A stretch of DNA of 17,661 bases from contig JAGYLS010000035.1 in NCBI GenBank assembly GCA_018400815.1, positions 1 to 17,661 on the forward strand, given 5' to 3'. The notes beneath the pieces are model-generated. The model saw nothing but the letters and a program-made list of their open reading frames with translations, ran no database searches and was not told the origin of the DNA. The first letter of the stretch is position 1; each line of letters opens with the position of its first letter. Position numbers and translations under genes: made by a program. This DNA comes from Candidatus Oleincola secundus. Its GTDB lineage: Bacteria > Atribacterota > Phoenicimicrobiia > Phoenicimicrobiales > Stramentimicrobiaceae. Shown piece by piece: positions 6,752 to 16,541 of this stretch.

Positions 6752-7942
6752 ATGGGAATTTTATTAAAAGATAGGATTAATCAAGTTAACCAAAGAGCAA
6801 ACCAGATGAAAGAGAACGGCACTTTTTTCTGGTTAAAAACTATTGAGAATTCTTCCCAATCGAGAGTAATGGTCGACCAGAAAGAGAAAATCATGCTGGC
6901 TTCTTACAATTATCTGGCATTAATTGATCATCCTAAATTAAAAGAGGCAGGGATTAAAGCTATTGAAAAATATGGCACAGGAACTTCTGGAGTACGCTTT
7001 TTATCTGGAACAACTGAAGTACATAAGAAATTAGAAGCAAAAATTGCCCAATTCAAAGGTGCTGATGATGCCATTACCTATACCAGTGGGTATGTTACCA
7101 ATTTAGCTGCGATTACTGCCCTTTTTCAGAAGGATGATATATTAATCATTGATAAAATTGATCATGCTAGTATCATTGATGGGTGTATGCTATCAGGGGC
7201 GAGATATAAAACATTTTTACATAATGATATGGGAAGACTGGAAGCAATTCTAAAAGATTCAGATAATTATGTTAATAAAATAATTATAGTTGACGGTGTT
7301 TATAGTATGGATGGAGATGTTGCCAATTTACCGGAAATATCTCGTTTGGCTAAAAAATATAAAGCTAAAGTGATGGTTGATGAAGCTCATTCCATTGGTG
7401 TTCTTGGTAAAACAGGGCACGGTATTGAGGAATATTTTGGATTAGAGAACGCGGTTGATATTCATATGGGTACTTTAAGCAAGACGATTCCTTCTGTAGG
7501 AGGGTATATAGCTGCAGAAAAAAGTATGATTGATTATCTAAGACATAATTCAAGGCCATTTATTTTTTCTGCTCCAATTCCACCGGTTAATGCTGCTGTT
7601 GCTATAGCTGCCCTGGAAGTAATTGAAGATGAGCCGGAGCGTGTTGAAAATTTACATAGAAATATGGAAAGATATAGAGTAGGAATACAATCCATGGGTT
7701 ATAATATTGGGGATAGTGTTACAGCGATTGTTCCGATTATTGTAGGGGAGGAAGAAGAGACCTTGCAACTCTGTAAAATGGTTAATGAAATGGGTGTTTT
7801 TATCTGTCCTATTGTTTATCCTGCTGTTTCCAAAGGAACCAGTCGGTTAAGGTCCCATGTCCTCACTAACCATACTGTAGAAGATATTGATGAAGCGCTA
7901 AGTATTTTTGAAAAAGCCGGTAAGTCTTTGGGAATAATCTAA
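6752..7942 (+). CDS. PLP-dependent alpha-oxoamine synthase (BioF/Kbl/SPT family), SPT-like
   Basis: SYNYL, GTSGVRFLSGT, DHASIIDG, DGVYSMDGD, DEAHSIG, GTLSK (PLP lysine), FIFSA; SD AGGAG just upstream. Confidence 0.88.
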   Translation: MGILLKDRINQVNQRANQMKENGTFFWLKTIENSSQSRVMVDQKEKIMLASYNYLALIDHPKLKEAGIKAIEKYGTGTSGVRFLSGTTEVHKKLEAKIAQFKGADDAITYTSGYVTNLAAITALFQKDDILIIDKIDHASIIDGCMLSGARYKTFLHNDMGRLEAILKDSDNYVNKIIIVDGVYSMDGDVANLPEISRLAKKYKAKVMVDEAHSIGVLGKTGHGIEEYFGLENAVDIHMGTLSKTIPSVGGYIAAEKSMIDYLRHNSRPFIFSAPIPPVNAAVAIAALEVIEDEPERVENLHRNMERYRVGIQSMGYNIGDSVTAIVPIIVGEEEETLQLCKMVNEMGVFICPIVYPAVSKGTSRLRSHVLTNHTVEDIDEALSIFEKAGKSLGII

Positions 7943-7994
7943 AAAAATAATTTAATATTTAAATATTTAAAAGACTAATAAAAACAATATTTAT

Positions 7995-8023
7995 TTGACA
8001 TTAAATTGTAAATATCCTATAAT
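7995..8023 (+). promoter_or_regulatory. Consensus sigma70 promoter of greA
   Basis: TTGACA (7995-8000), 17 nt, TATAAT (8018-8023). Confidence 0.85.
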
Positions 8024-8081
8024 TCATTTACAACATCAATAATTATAAATCAAAAGATGAATACATATATCTAATTGTAAT

Positions 8082-8138
8082 GACTAAGATAAGTGCTTTT
8101 CTTTTTTAGATTGCATAGCTTATCTTAGTTTTAATTTT
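8082..8138 (+). promoter_or_regulatory. Hairpin with T-tract in the greA 5' leader (possible attenuator)
   Basis: ACTAAGATAAG (8083-8093) pairs perfectly with CTTATCTTAGT (8119-8129) and is followed by TTTAATTTT. Confidence 0.55.
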
Positions 8139-8163
8139 ATCAATAAGGTTAGGGTGCGAAAAA

Positions 8164-8637
8164 ATGAATGACCGGAAGATTATGCTGACTGAAGAAGGAC
8201 TGGAAAAGATTAAAAAAGAGTTGCATGAGTTAAAAACGGTTAAAAGGAAAGAAATAGCTGAAAAAATTAATAACGCTGTAGCTTTTGGTGAAATAGCAGA
8301 GAATGCTGAATATCGGGCTGCCAAAAATGAGCAGGCCTTTATTGAAGGCCGAATACTAACATTAGAAAAAGTTATTGAGAATTACGAATTAATAGATAGA
8401 TCAAAAAATGACCATACTGTTGTTTCGCCTGGTTCAAAAATTGTTGTTGAAGATTTAAAAAAGAAGGAAAAGATTGAGTATACCTTAGTTGATTATGTTG
8501 AGTCTGATCCATCCTCTGGTAAGATTTCTATTGCTTCCCCTATTGGTAAATCGGTATTAGGAAAAAAAGTAGGCGACAAAGTAAAAATAAGAGTTCCTGC
8601 CGGGAATTTAAATTATAAAATATTGGAAATTAAATAA
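8164..8637 (+). CDS. greA: Transcription elongation factor GreA family protein
   Basis: LTEEGLEKIKKEL, ENAEYRAAKNEQAFIEGRI, KISIASPIGKSVLG; upstream of lysS as in many Bacillota. Confidence 0.93.
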   Translation: MNDRKIMLTEEGLEKIKKELHELKTVKRKEIAEKINNAVAFGEIAENAEYRAAKNEQAFIEGRILTLEKVIENYELIDRSKNDHTVVSPGSKIVVEDLKKKEKIEYTLVDYVESDPSSGKISIASPIGKSVLGKKVGDKVKIRVPAGNLNYKILEIK

Positions 8638-8841
8638 ATATTATTTGATTTTATTTAAAAATGAACAGGTTATAGTTATATAGGTTTGCTATTGACTTGT
8701 TCATTTTTTTATTTACTTTTATCACCTTTCTAGTATAAAATATATAATTAAAGCCAAATACTTACAGGGATTTATTATTACTCAATTACATCTGCTTAAA
8801 GTGTTATCAATAAAACGAGAAATAGCAAGGAGTGAGAATCA

Positions 8842-10326
8842 TTGACCGAACAAGAAAATAAAAATATTAATATGTTAAGAGAAGAAAAAATAAAGGAAAT
8901 TGAAGCATTAAGAAGTCAAAACATTGACCCATTTGGTAAACGCTTTGAAGGAAAGCAAGCTATAAAAGAAGTAGAAGAACAATTCAGCGAAATCGCTACT
9001 TCGGAACCTTCTCAAGAGGAAGTTGTTATTGCCGGTAGATTAAAGGGTTTAAGAAGACATGGGAAGGCAGCTTTCGCTGACTTGGAAGATCAGACCGGTA
9101 AATTACAGATTTATGTAAAATCGAATTTTGTGGGAACTGATTCTTTTGAAATATTTAAAAAAGTATCTGTTGGTGATATTATTGGAATTGCCGGTTCAAT
9201 ATTCAAGACCAGGACAGGTGAGCTGACGGTACTGGCAAATAGCTTTACTTTACTGTGTAAATCGATGCGTTCTTTGCCTGAAAAGTGGCATGGTTTAACT
9301 GATACAGAAATCAGATATCGTAAGCGTTATCTTGACTTAATTAGCAACCCTGATGTTCGGGGTGTCTTTATCGAAAGAAGTAAGATTATAAGATATATTA
9401 GAGATTTTTTGGATAACCAGGGTTATCTGGAAGTAGAGACTCCTATGCTTCAACCAATTCCGGGAGGAGCTACCGCTACTCCCTTTGTAACACATCATAA
9501 TAGCCTTCACCGGGACTTGTATTTGAAAATTGCACCTGAGCTTTATTTAAAAAGACTATTGGTGGGTGGAATAGAAAAGGTTTATGAATTGAACCGTAAT
9601 TTTCGCAATGAGGGCATTTCCACCAAGCACAACCCGGAGTTTACAATGTTAGAATTATATGAAGCATATGCGGATTATCATAAAATGATGGAAATTGCTG
9701 AAGAAATGATTAGTTATGTTTTAAAAAGACTCAGGAACCAATTAATTGTTCAATATCAGCGTGAAAAAATCGATTTCACTCCACCATGGACAAGATTAAC
9801 AATGTGTGAGGCAATTCAATCGGTAACCGGTCTTATACCTGAAGAGATAACTGATGATAATTTGGGCAGTTTAATAAAAAAATATCAATTGGAAATACCT
9901 GAAAATGCAACAAAGGGCGATTTTATCAACGAATTGTTTGAGAAACAGGTAGAACATACATTGATTCAACCTACTTTTATTATTGATTATCCAATTGAAG
10001 TTTCTCCTCTTTCCAAACAAAAACCCGGTTCTCCCCATCTTGTGGAGCGATTTGAACTATTTGTCAATGGCATGGAAATAGCCAATGCTTTCACTGAACT
10101 AAATGATCCCTTAGAACAAAAAAAACGTTTTCTGCAGCAGGCAGAGAATAAGAGTGAAGGAGAAATTAATCAACATTTTGTTGATTATGATTATATTGAA
10201 GCGTTGGAATATGGTATGCCTCCTGCAGGCGGAATGGGCATTGGTATTGATCGTTTGATTATGTTATTAACCAATCATGACTCAATTAGAGAGGTAATCC
10301 TTTTCCCTCAATTAAAGAAAAAATAA
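8842..10326 (+). CDS. lysS: Lysine--tRNA ligase (class II)
   Basis: OB-fold N-terminus, LPEKWHGL, RYRKRYLDL, EVETPML, FRNEGIS..HNPEFTMLE, YGMPPAGGMGIGIDRL. TTG start with SD AGGAG. Confidence 0.98.
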   Translation: MTEQENKNINMLREEKIKEIEALRSQNIDPFGKRFEGKQAIKEVEEQFSEIATSEPSQEEVVIAGRLKGLRRHGKAAFADLEDQTGKLQIYVKSNFVGTDSFEIFKKVSVGDIIGIAGSIFKTRTGELTVLANSFTLLCKSMRSLPEKWHGLTDTEIRYRKRYLDLISNPDVRGVFIERSKIIRYIRDFLDNQGYLEVETPMLQPIPGGATATPFVTHHNSLHRDLYLKIAPELYLKRLLVGGIEKVYELNRNFRNEGISTKHNPEFTMLELYEAYADYHKMMEIAEEMISYVLKRLRNQLIVQYQREKIDFTPPWTRLTMCEAIQSVTGLIPEEITDDNLGSLIKKYQLEIPENATKGDFINELFEKQVEHTLIQPTFIIDYPIEVSPLSKQKPGSPHLVERFELFVNGMEIANAFTELNDPLEQKKRFLQQAENKSEGEINQHFVDYDYIEALEYGMPPAGGMGIGIDRLIMLLTNHDSIREVILFPQLKKK

Positions 10327-10337
10327 TCAAAAAATAA

Positions 10338-10619
10338 TTGGAATATAATATTTTGCGAGTAGATAAATTTTTTAAATTAAGCCGAATTATAAAAAGAAGA
10401 ACAGAGGCAAAGAAGGCATGTGATAGCAACAGTGTAGAGGTCAATGAGAAAACAGCAAAAGCTGGTGATAATATCAAGCCTCATGATAAAATCAAAATAT
10501 ATTTTAGACATAAAATATTAGAGATTGAGGTTTTGGAAATACCTATAGGGAATGTATCAATTTCACATTCATCACAGCTATACCGAATTATTAAGGAAGA
10601 AAAAAAATCTATTGATTAA
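10338..10619 (+). CDS. S4-domain RNA-binding protein (YabO/RqcP/Hsp15-like)
   Basis: RVDKFFKLSRIIKRRTEAKKACD is a YabO-type signature. The true start may be TTG 10353. Confidence 0.85.
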   Translation: MEYNILRVDKFFKLSRIIKRRTEAKKACDSNSVEVNEKTAKAGDNIKPHDKIKIYFRHKILEIEVLEIPIGNVSISHSSQLYRIIKEEKKSID

Positions 10620-10658
10620 TTAATGTACTAAATAGAGTTTTTGGATGGGTAATATCTG

Positions 10659-12023
10659 ATGGAAGAAAAAATAATAATTGAAAAAATCAAGCGACTCTTA
10701 GATGAAAAAAAATCAGAAGAGCTAAAAGAACTGGTTGGCAATCTTCACCCAAATGATTTTAGCGAGATAGCCGAAGAACTTTCTCCGGAACAAATCATAG
10801 AGATATTCCGGTTCATCAAAGATCGGGAAAAAATAGCTGAATACATTTCAGAATTAAACACCGAACTACAATCTGACTTACTCAATTCCATGAGTAAAAA
10901 ACAAGCTTCTGAGATATTAAAAGAGATGGATACCGATGAGGCTGTCGATATTTTGGGAGAAATTGCTCCGGAGGAATCACGCAAACTGCTGGATTTGATG
11001 CCCAAAGAAGAAGCCGAAGAAATTGAAGAGTTAATGAAATATGAGGAAAATACTGCCGGAAGTATCATGAATAATGAATTTGTGACTCTTCGGGAACATT
11101 TTACCTCAGAGCAGGCTATACAACACATCCGAGAGATGAGCCCTGAAGCAGAAATGATTTATTATGTATATGTCTTAGATCAGAGAATGCGATTAATCGG
11201 GGTGCTGTCCCTCAGGGATTTGATTGTAGCTGATGCCAAAAAGAAAATTTCCCAGATAATGGAAGAAGATATCATCAGTGTTCTGGATACAGAAGACCGG
11301 GAAGTAGCAGCAAGGGTGATTTCAGACTATGATTTTTTGGCCATTCCGGTTATTAACAAAAAAGGGATGATGGTTGGAATAATTACGGTTGATGATATTA
11401 TTGATGTATTACAAGAAGAAGTTACCGAAGATATTCATAAAATGGTTGGCTCGGCTGAATTTTATGAAGACAAATTGATTAAGGCGACTCCCCTGAGTAG
11501 AGCGAAGGCTCGTTTACCCTGGCTTTTAGTTTGCATGGTTGGTGAAATGATTTCCGGTTCGGTTATTGAATTTCATTCAGGTATTTTAGAAGTGGTTGTA
11601 GCACTGGCTTTCTTTATCCCAATTATTATGGCAATGGGTGGTAATGTAGGAGCACAATCTTCGACTATTACAGTGAGAGGTCTGGCAACCGGACAGCTTC
11701 GCCTGGATGAATTATGGAAGAATATATGGACAGAAACAAAAGTAGGCTTTTTTATTGGCATAACAATTGGTATCATTATTTCAATACTGACATATTTTTG
11801 GCAGAATGATTATATTCTGGGCATGACCATAGGGCTGTCCTTATGTATAACAGTTATTTCGGCAGCGACGGTTGGGACATTATTGCCATTGGTTTTTACA
11901 AGATTGAATATTGATCCTGCTGTAGCAACAGGTCCATTCATTACAACAGCAGTCGATGTAGGTAGTTTAATCATATACTTTAGTCTGGGGACTTTTTTAT
12001 TTACCTATCTGGGTAATTTGTAA
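10659..12023 (+). CDS. mgtE: Magnesium transporter MgtE
   Basis: Acidic N-domain, CBS pair (TAGSIM...GIITVDDIID), RLPWL, MGGNVGAQS, IDPAVATGPFITTAVD. Confidence 0.96.
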   Translation: MEEKIIIEKIKRLLDEKKSEELKELVGNLHPNDFSEIAEELSPEQIIEIFRFIKDREKIAEYISELNTELQSDLLNSMSKKQASEILKEMDTDEAVDILGEIAPEESRKLLDLMPKEEAEEIEELMKYEENTAGSIMNNEFVTLREHFTSEQAIQHIREMSPEAEMIYYVYVLDQRMRLIGVLSLRDLIVADAKKKISQIMEEDIISVLDTEDREVAARVISDYDFLAIPVINKKGMMVGIITVDDIIDVLQEEVTEDIHKMVGSAEFYEDKLIKATPLSRAKARLPWLLVCMVGEMISGSVIEFHSGILEVVVALAFFIPIIMAMGGNVGAQSSTITVRGLATGQLRLDELWKNIWTETKVGFFIGITIGIIISILTYFWQNDYILGMTIGLSLCITVISAATVGTLLPLVFTRLNIDPAVATGPFITTAVDVGSLIIYFSLGTFLFTYLGNL

Positions 12024-12065
12024 ATGTAGATAATATAAAACTTGAGATACTTTGAATATTTTTAA

Positions 12066-13396
<1,331 letters not shown>

Positions 13397-13397
<1 letters not shown>

Positions 13398-13687
13398 TGT
13401 CCGGAATAAGATCTCTTTTGGAATCAAAAATAACCTGGGCAATTATCTTATTATTCATTTTTTATATTACTTTTGTCTTTTCAGAGAAGTATGCCAGTAT
13501 CTTAGAATTAAGAGTTTATATTTATGAATTAAACAATGAAATCAAGGGGTTGGAAGAAGAAAATCAATTACTGGCTGAAAAGATAAATCTTTTAAACACC
13601 AATCCATATGTTGAAAAACTTGCCCGGGAAGAACTTGATATGGTTAATCCGAATGAGATTTTATATAAGGCGACCAAAAATCAATAG
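13397..13687 (+). CDS. ftsB: Septum formation initiator FtsB/DivIC family
   Basis: N-terminal TM helix, coiled coil, YVEKLAREELDMVNPNE motif; TAATG overlap with the eno stop. Confidence 0.85.
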
Positions 13688-13764
13688 TATAAACTAAATT
13701 ATAATCCAAAGAAAAGCAGATATATTATTCAAAAATAAGTTGAATAAAATTATTAAAAGTTCTA

Positions 13765-13793
13765 TTGACGGTCACTACCATTTGTCCTATAAT
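13765..13793 (+). promoter_or_regulatory. sigma70 promoter for tRNA-Leu
   Basis: TTGACG (13765-13770), 17 nt, TATAAT (13788-13793), ending 11 nt before the tRNA. Confidence 0.8.
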
Positions 13794-13804
13794 GATTGAA
13801 GTTT

Positions 13805-13893
13805 GCCGGAGTGGCGGAATAGGTAGACGCACAGGACTTAAAATCCTGCGAGCTGCAAAGCTTGTGCCGGTTCGATTCCGGCCTCCGGCACCA
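13805..13893 (+). tRNA. tRNA-Leu (anticodon UAA)
   Basis: Acceptor GCCGGAG/CTCCGGC, anticodon arm CAGGA-CTTAAAA-TCCTG (TAA 13839-13841), long variable arm, TTCGATT loop, encoded CCA. Confidence 0.97.
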
Positions 13894-13933
13894 CTATAAA
13901 GATTTTGATAATTGATAAACTCTGATATATTGA

Positions 13934-13962
13934 TTGACTTTATATTTTAACAGTGTTAGAAT
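13934..13962 (+). promoter_or_regulatory. sigma70 promoter for the tRNA-Met genes
   Basis: TTGACT (13934-13939), 17 nt, TAGAAT (13957-13962) with an extended TG at 13954-13955. Confidence 0.7.
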
Positions 13963-14012
13963 ATTAAAATAAATTTTGGAAGGCTATATAAACCATAGAT
14001 AATGAAAAACAT

Positions 14013-14089
<77 letters not shown>

Positions 14090-14090
14090 T

Positions 14091-14140
14091 CTTAGTAAAC
14101 AAAACCTCTATATCATAATTAGAGGTTTTGTTTACTTAAG
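14091..14140. terminator. Long perfect inverted repeat after tRNA-fMet (terminator or processing stem)
   Basis: AGTAAACAAAACCTCTA (14094-14110) / TAGAGGTTTTGTTTACT (14120-14136): 17 bp perfect stem, 9-nt loop. Confidence 0.65.
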
Positions 14141-14187
14141 CGGATTATTTGCCTTCTCTTATTTTTCTACTGTATTCATCCCATTAT

Positions 14188-14264
14188 GGCGGTGTAGCTC
14201 AGTTGGCTAGAGCATGCGGTTCATACCCGCAGTGTCCTGAGTTCGAATCTCAGCACCGCCACCA
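14188..14264 (+). tRNA. Elongator tRNA-Met (anticodon CAU)
   Basis: 77 nt; GGCGGTG/CACCGCC acceptor, TGCGG-TTCATAC-CCGCA anticodon arm (CAT 14222-14224) resembling Bacillota elongator tRNA-Met, encoded CCA. Confidence 0.9.
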
Positions 14265-14347
14265 TGCAAATATAAAAGATCCGGAATTAGGAGCCTTAGT
14301 TTTTTCTAAAATATTTTTTAATAAATGAAAAAGTGTTTGTGTTGTAA

Positions 14348-15793
14348 TTGGATAAATTAATATTTAAAGTAACCAAAACAATTGAAAAATATCAAATGCT
14401 TAATCCGGGAGATATAATCATCGTTGCTGTTTCCGGAGGCCCTGATTCTTTGTGTTTGCTAGATATTCTCAATCGTATTAGACAGAGATTAAAATTGTCT
14501 TTAATTGTTGCTCATGTAAATCATGGTATAAGAATTAAAGAATCAGAGGTTGAGGCGCGTTTTGTCCGTCTAAAGTCTTTTCGTATGAATTTGCCTTTTG
14601 AACAGTTATCAGTTTCTATACCTACTATTGCCCAGAAAAAGGGGTTATCAGTAGAACAGGTTGGCAGAAGTGTACGTTATAGATTTTTTAAAAACCTATT
14701 AAAAAAATATCAGGCACACAGAATTGCCCTAGGCCACCATGCTGATGACCAGGTTGAGACTATTTTAATGAGATTAATTCGTGGTAGCGGAATGCATGGA
14801 TTGAGAGGTATTCCGGCTAAAAGAGCTGAATTTATCCGTCCCCTGATTGAATGCAATCGACAGGAAATTGAAGCTTATTGTCAGAGAAAAAAAATTACTT
14901 ATTGTATTGATTCTTCCAACAAAGAGCCTATGTATCTCCGAAATAAAATAAGACATCAACTACTACCCTTGCTTACTGAAGAATATAACCCATCTATTCG
15001 TAACCACCTACTTCAGCTACAAACAATTGTTCAAGACGAACTAAATTATTGGGAGGAGAAAACTGAGCAATATTATTTAAAGGCTACAATAAAAAAACAT
15101 TCTTCCGGGATTGTTTTAGATATAAAACATTTAATAGAATGGCCGGTTGCACTACAAAGGCGCATTATTCGCAAAGGATTAGGTCATCTAAAGGGTTATT
15201 TGGCTGATATTCAGTTTAATCATGTTGAGAGCATCAGGGAATTATGTATGCTTAATCGGGGTGAAAGATACCTTGATTTGCCTGGTAATATTAGAGTAAG
15301 AAAAAGCTATCAAACTTTGGAAATCGGTTATGCCAGTCACATAAAAAAAAGTGACCGGGACCGGAATAGAAAAACTAATATATGGGAGTACGAACTGCCT
15401 GTATGCAAAGAAAAAGATTACCCACAAATAGGCATTAAAATGATTACCGAACAATATGATTATTCGGAATCTATTAGGAGTAAGTGTCTTAATAGCATAG
15501 AAAAAAATGAAGCATATATAGATTATGATAAACTAGATGTACCACTTAGAATTAGAAACAGAAGGTCAGGGGACCGATTTAAGCCACTAAATAGCAAATA
15601 TTTTAAGAAAGTAAAATCATATTTCATTGACCTAAAAATACCACTTTATCAAAGAGATATGATTAGTCTGGTTATTGATAATTCTAATCGCATTGTCTGG
15701 ATCGTTGGTTTTCAGATAGACAATCGTTTTAAAATTACTGAAGAGACAAAAAGAGTTTTATATATCCGGAAAAAGAATTTATTTAAAAAATAA
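14348..15793 (+). CDS. tilS: tRNA(Ile)-lysidine synthetase TilS
   Basis: VAVSGGPDS, HVNHGIR, GHHADDQVET, IRPL, DSSN...RNKIRH, C-terminal RNRRSGDRF domain; tilS-hpt-ftsH synteny. TTG start, no clear SD. Confidence 0.96.
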   Translation: MDKLIFKVTKTIEKYQMLNPGDIIIVAVSGGPDSLCLLDILNRIRQRLKLSLIVAHVNHGIRIKESEVEARFVRLKSFRMNLPFEQLSVSIPTIAQKKGLSVEQVGRSVRYRFFKNLLKKYQAHRIALGHHADDQVETILMRLIRGSGMHGLRGIPAKRAEFIRPLIECNRQEIEAYCQRKKITYCIDSSNKEPMYLRNKIRHQLLPLLTEEYNPSIRNHLLQLQTIVQDELNYWEEKTEQYYLKATIKKHSSGIVLDIKHLIEWPVALQRRIIRKGLGHLKGYLADIQFNHVESIRELCMLNRGERYLDLPGNIRVRKSYQTLEIGYASHIKKSDRDRNRKTNIWEYELPVCKEKDYPQIGIKMITEQYDYSESIRSKCLNSIEKNEAYIDYDKLDVPLRIRNRRSGDRFKPLNSKYFKKVKSYFIDLKIPLYQRDMISLVIDNSNRIVWIVGFQIDNRFKITEETKRVLYIRKKNLFKK

Positions 15794-15829
15794 AAAGATA
15801 AAAAAGATTGAGAATAAGGAGATACGGCA

Positions 15830-16387
15830 ATGATAGAGCAGGAAAAAATTGAGGAAATATTAATACCGGAAAATCAAATACAAAAGAAAATTGAAGAATT
15901 AGGGAACCAGATATCACGGGATTATCAGGGGAAGCAGCTAATCTGTATTGGAGTATTAAGAGGAGCAGTAATATTTTTGGCAGACTTAGCACGTTATATC
16001 AAAGTGCCTATGATAATTGATTTCATGGACATTTCCAGCTATGGCGCATCAACTGAATCTTCCGGAGTGGTGAGGATTGTAAAGGATTTAGATGAAAATA
16101 TTGAAAAAAAGGATGTTTTGATTGTTGAAGATATAGTTGATACAGGACTAACCTTGGATTATTTAATTCGGATGTTAAAATCACGAAATCCTGCCAGCCT
16201 TAGAGTATGTACCCTTCTCAATAAGAAAGATAGAAGGCAGATTAATGTTCCAATTGATTATTGCGGATTTGATATTCCCGATAAATTCGTGGTTGGGTAT
16301 GGTTTAGACTTTAACGGTTTATATCGGAATATACCTTATATTTTGGTTCTTAAACCAATGTATTACCAGGAAAATGGACAGAACTGA
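15830..16387 (+). CDS. hpt: Hypoxanthine phosphoribosyltransferase
   Basis: GVLRGAVIFLADL, ISSYG, PRPP motif VLIVEDIVDTGLT, FVVGYGLD; SD AAGGAG. Confidence 0.97.
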   Translation: MIEQEKIEEILIPENQIQKKIEELGNQISRDYQGKQLICIGVLRGAVIFLADLARYIKVPMIIDFMDISSYGASTESSGVVRIVKDLDENIEKKDVLIVEDIVDTGLTLDYLIRMLKSRNPASLRVCTLLNKKDRRQINVPIDYCGFDIPDKFVVGYGLDFNGLYRNIPYILVLKPMYYQENGQN

Positions 16388-16458
16388 ATTAAAATTATTT
16401 TGTATTACAGACCTAAGAGAATTGAATAATTTTATGCTGTTGAATATTCTTTAATTGT

Positions 16459-16487
16459 TTGTTTTTATATATAAAATGTGCTAAAAT
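16459..16487 (+). promoter_or_regulatory. Putative promoter for ftsH
   Basis: TTGTTT (16459-16464), 17 nt, TAAAAT (16482-16487) with an extended TG at 16479-16480. Confidence 0.45.
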
Positions 16488-16541
16488 TACCTTGCATTTG
16501 AACTTTTTGAAAAATTTGTATTTTTAACAAAGGAGAAAATA

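Noticed and set aside
6752..7942. Assigning the gene symbol bioF or kbl
   Set aside because: There is no biotin or tdh context and the motifs lean SPT-like; the subfamily cannot be fixed without a phylogeny.
8638..8841. T-box or lysine riboswitch ahead of lysS
   Set aside because: AT-rich, with no T-box GGTGGnACC motif, no lysine riboswitch core and no terminator hairpin visible.
10620..10658. M-box magnesium riboswitch before mgtE
   Set aside because: The intergenic gap is only 39 nt.
14188..14264. tRNA-Ile2 (lysidine substrate), suggested by its position next to tilS
   Set aside because: The GGCGGTG acceptor with C3:G70 and the TTCATAC loop match elongator tRNA-Met rather than Ile2.
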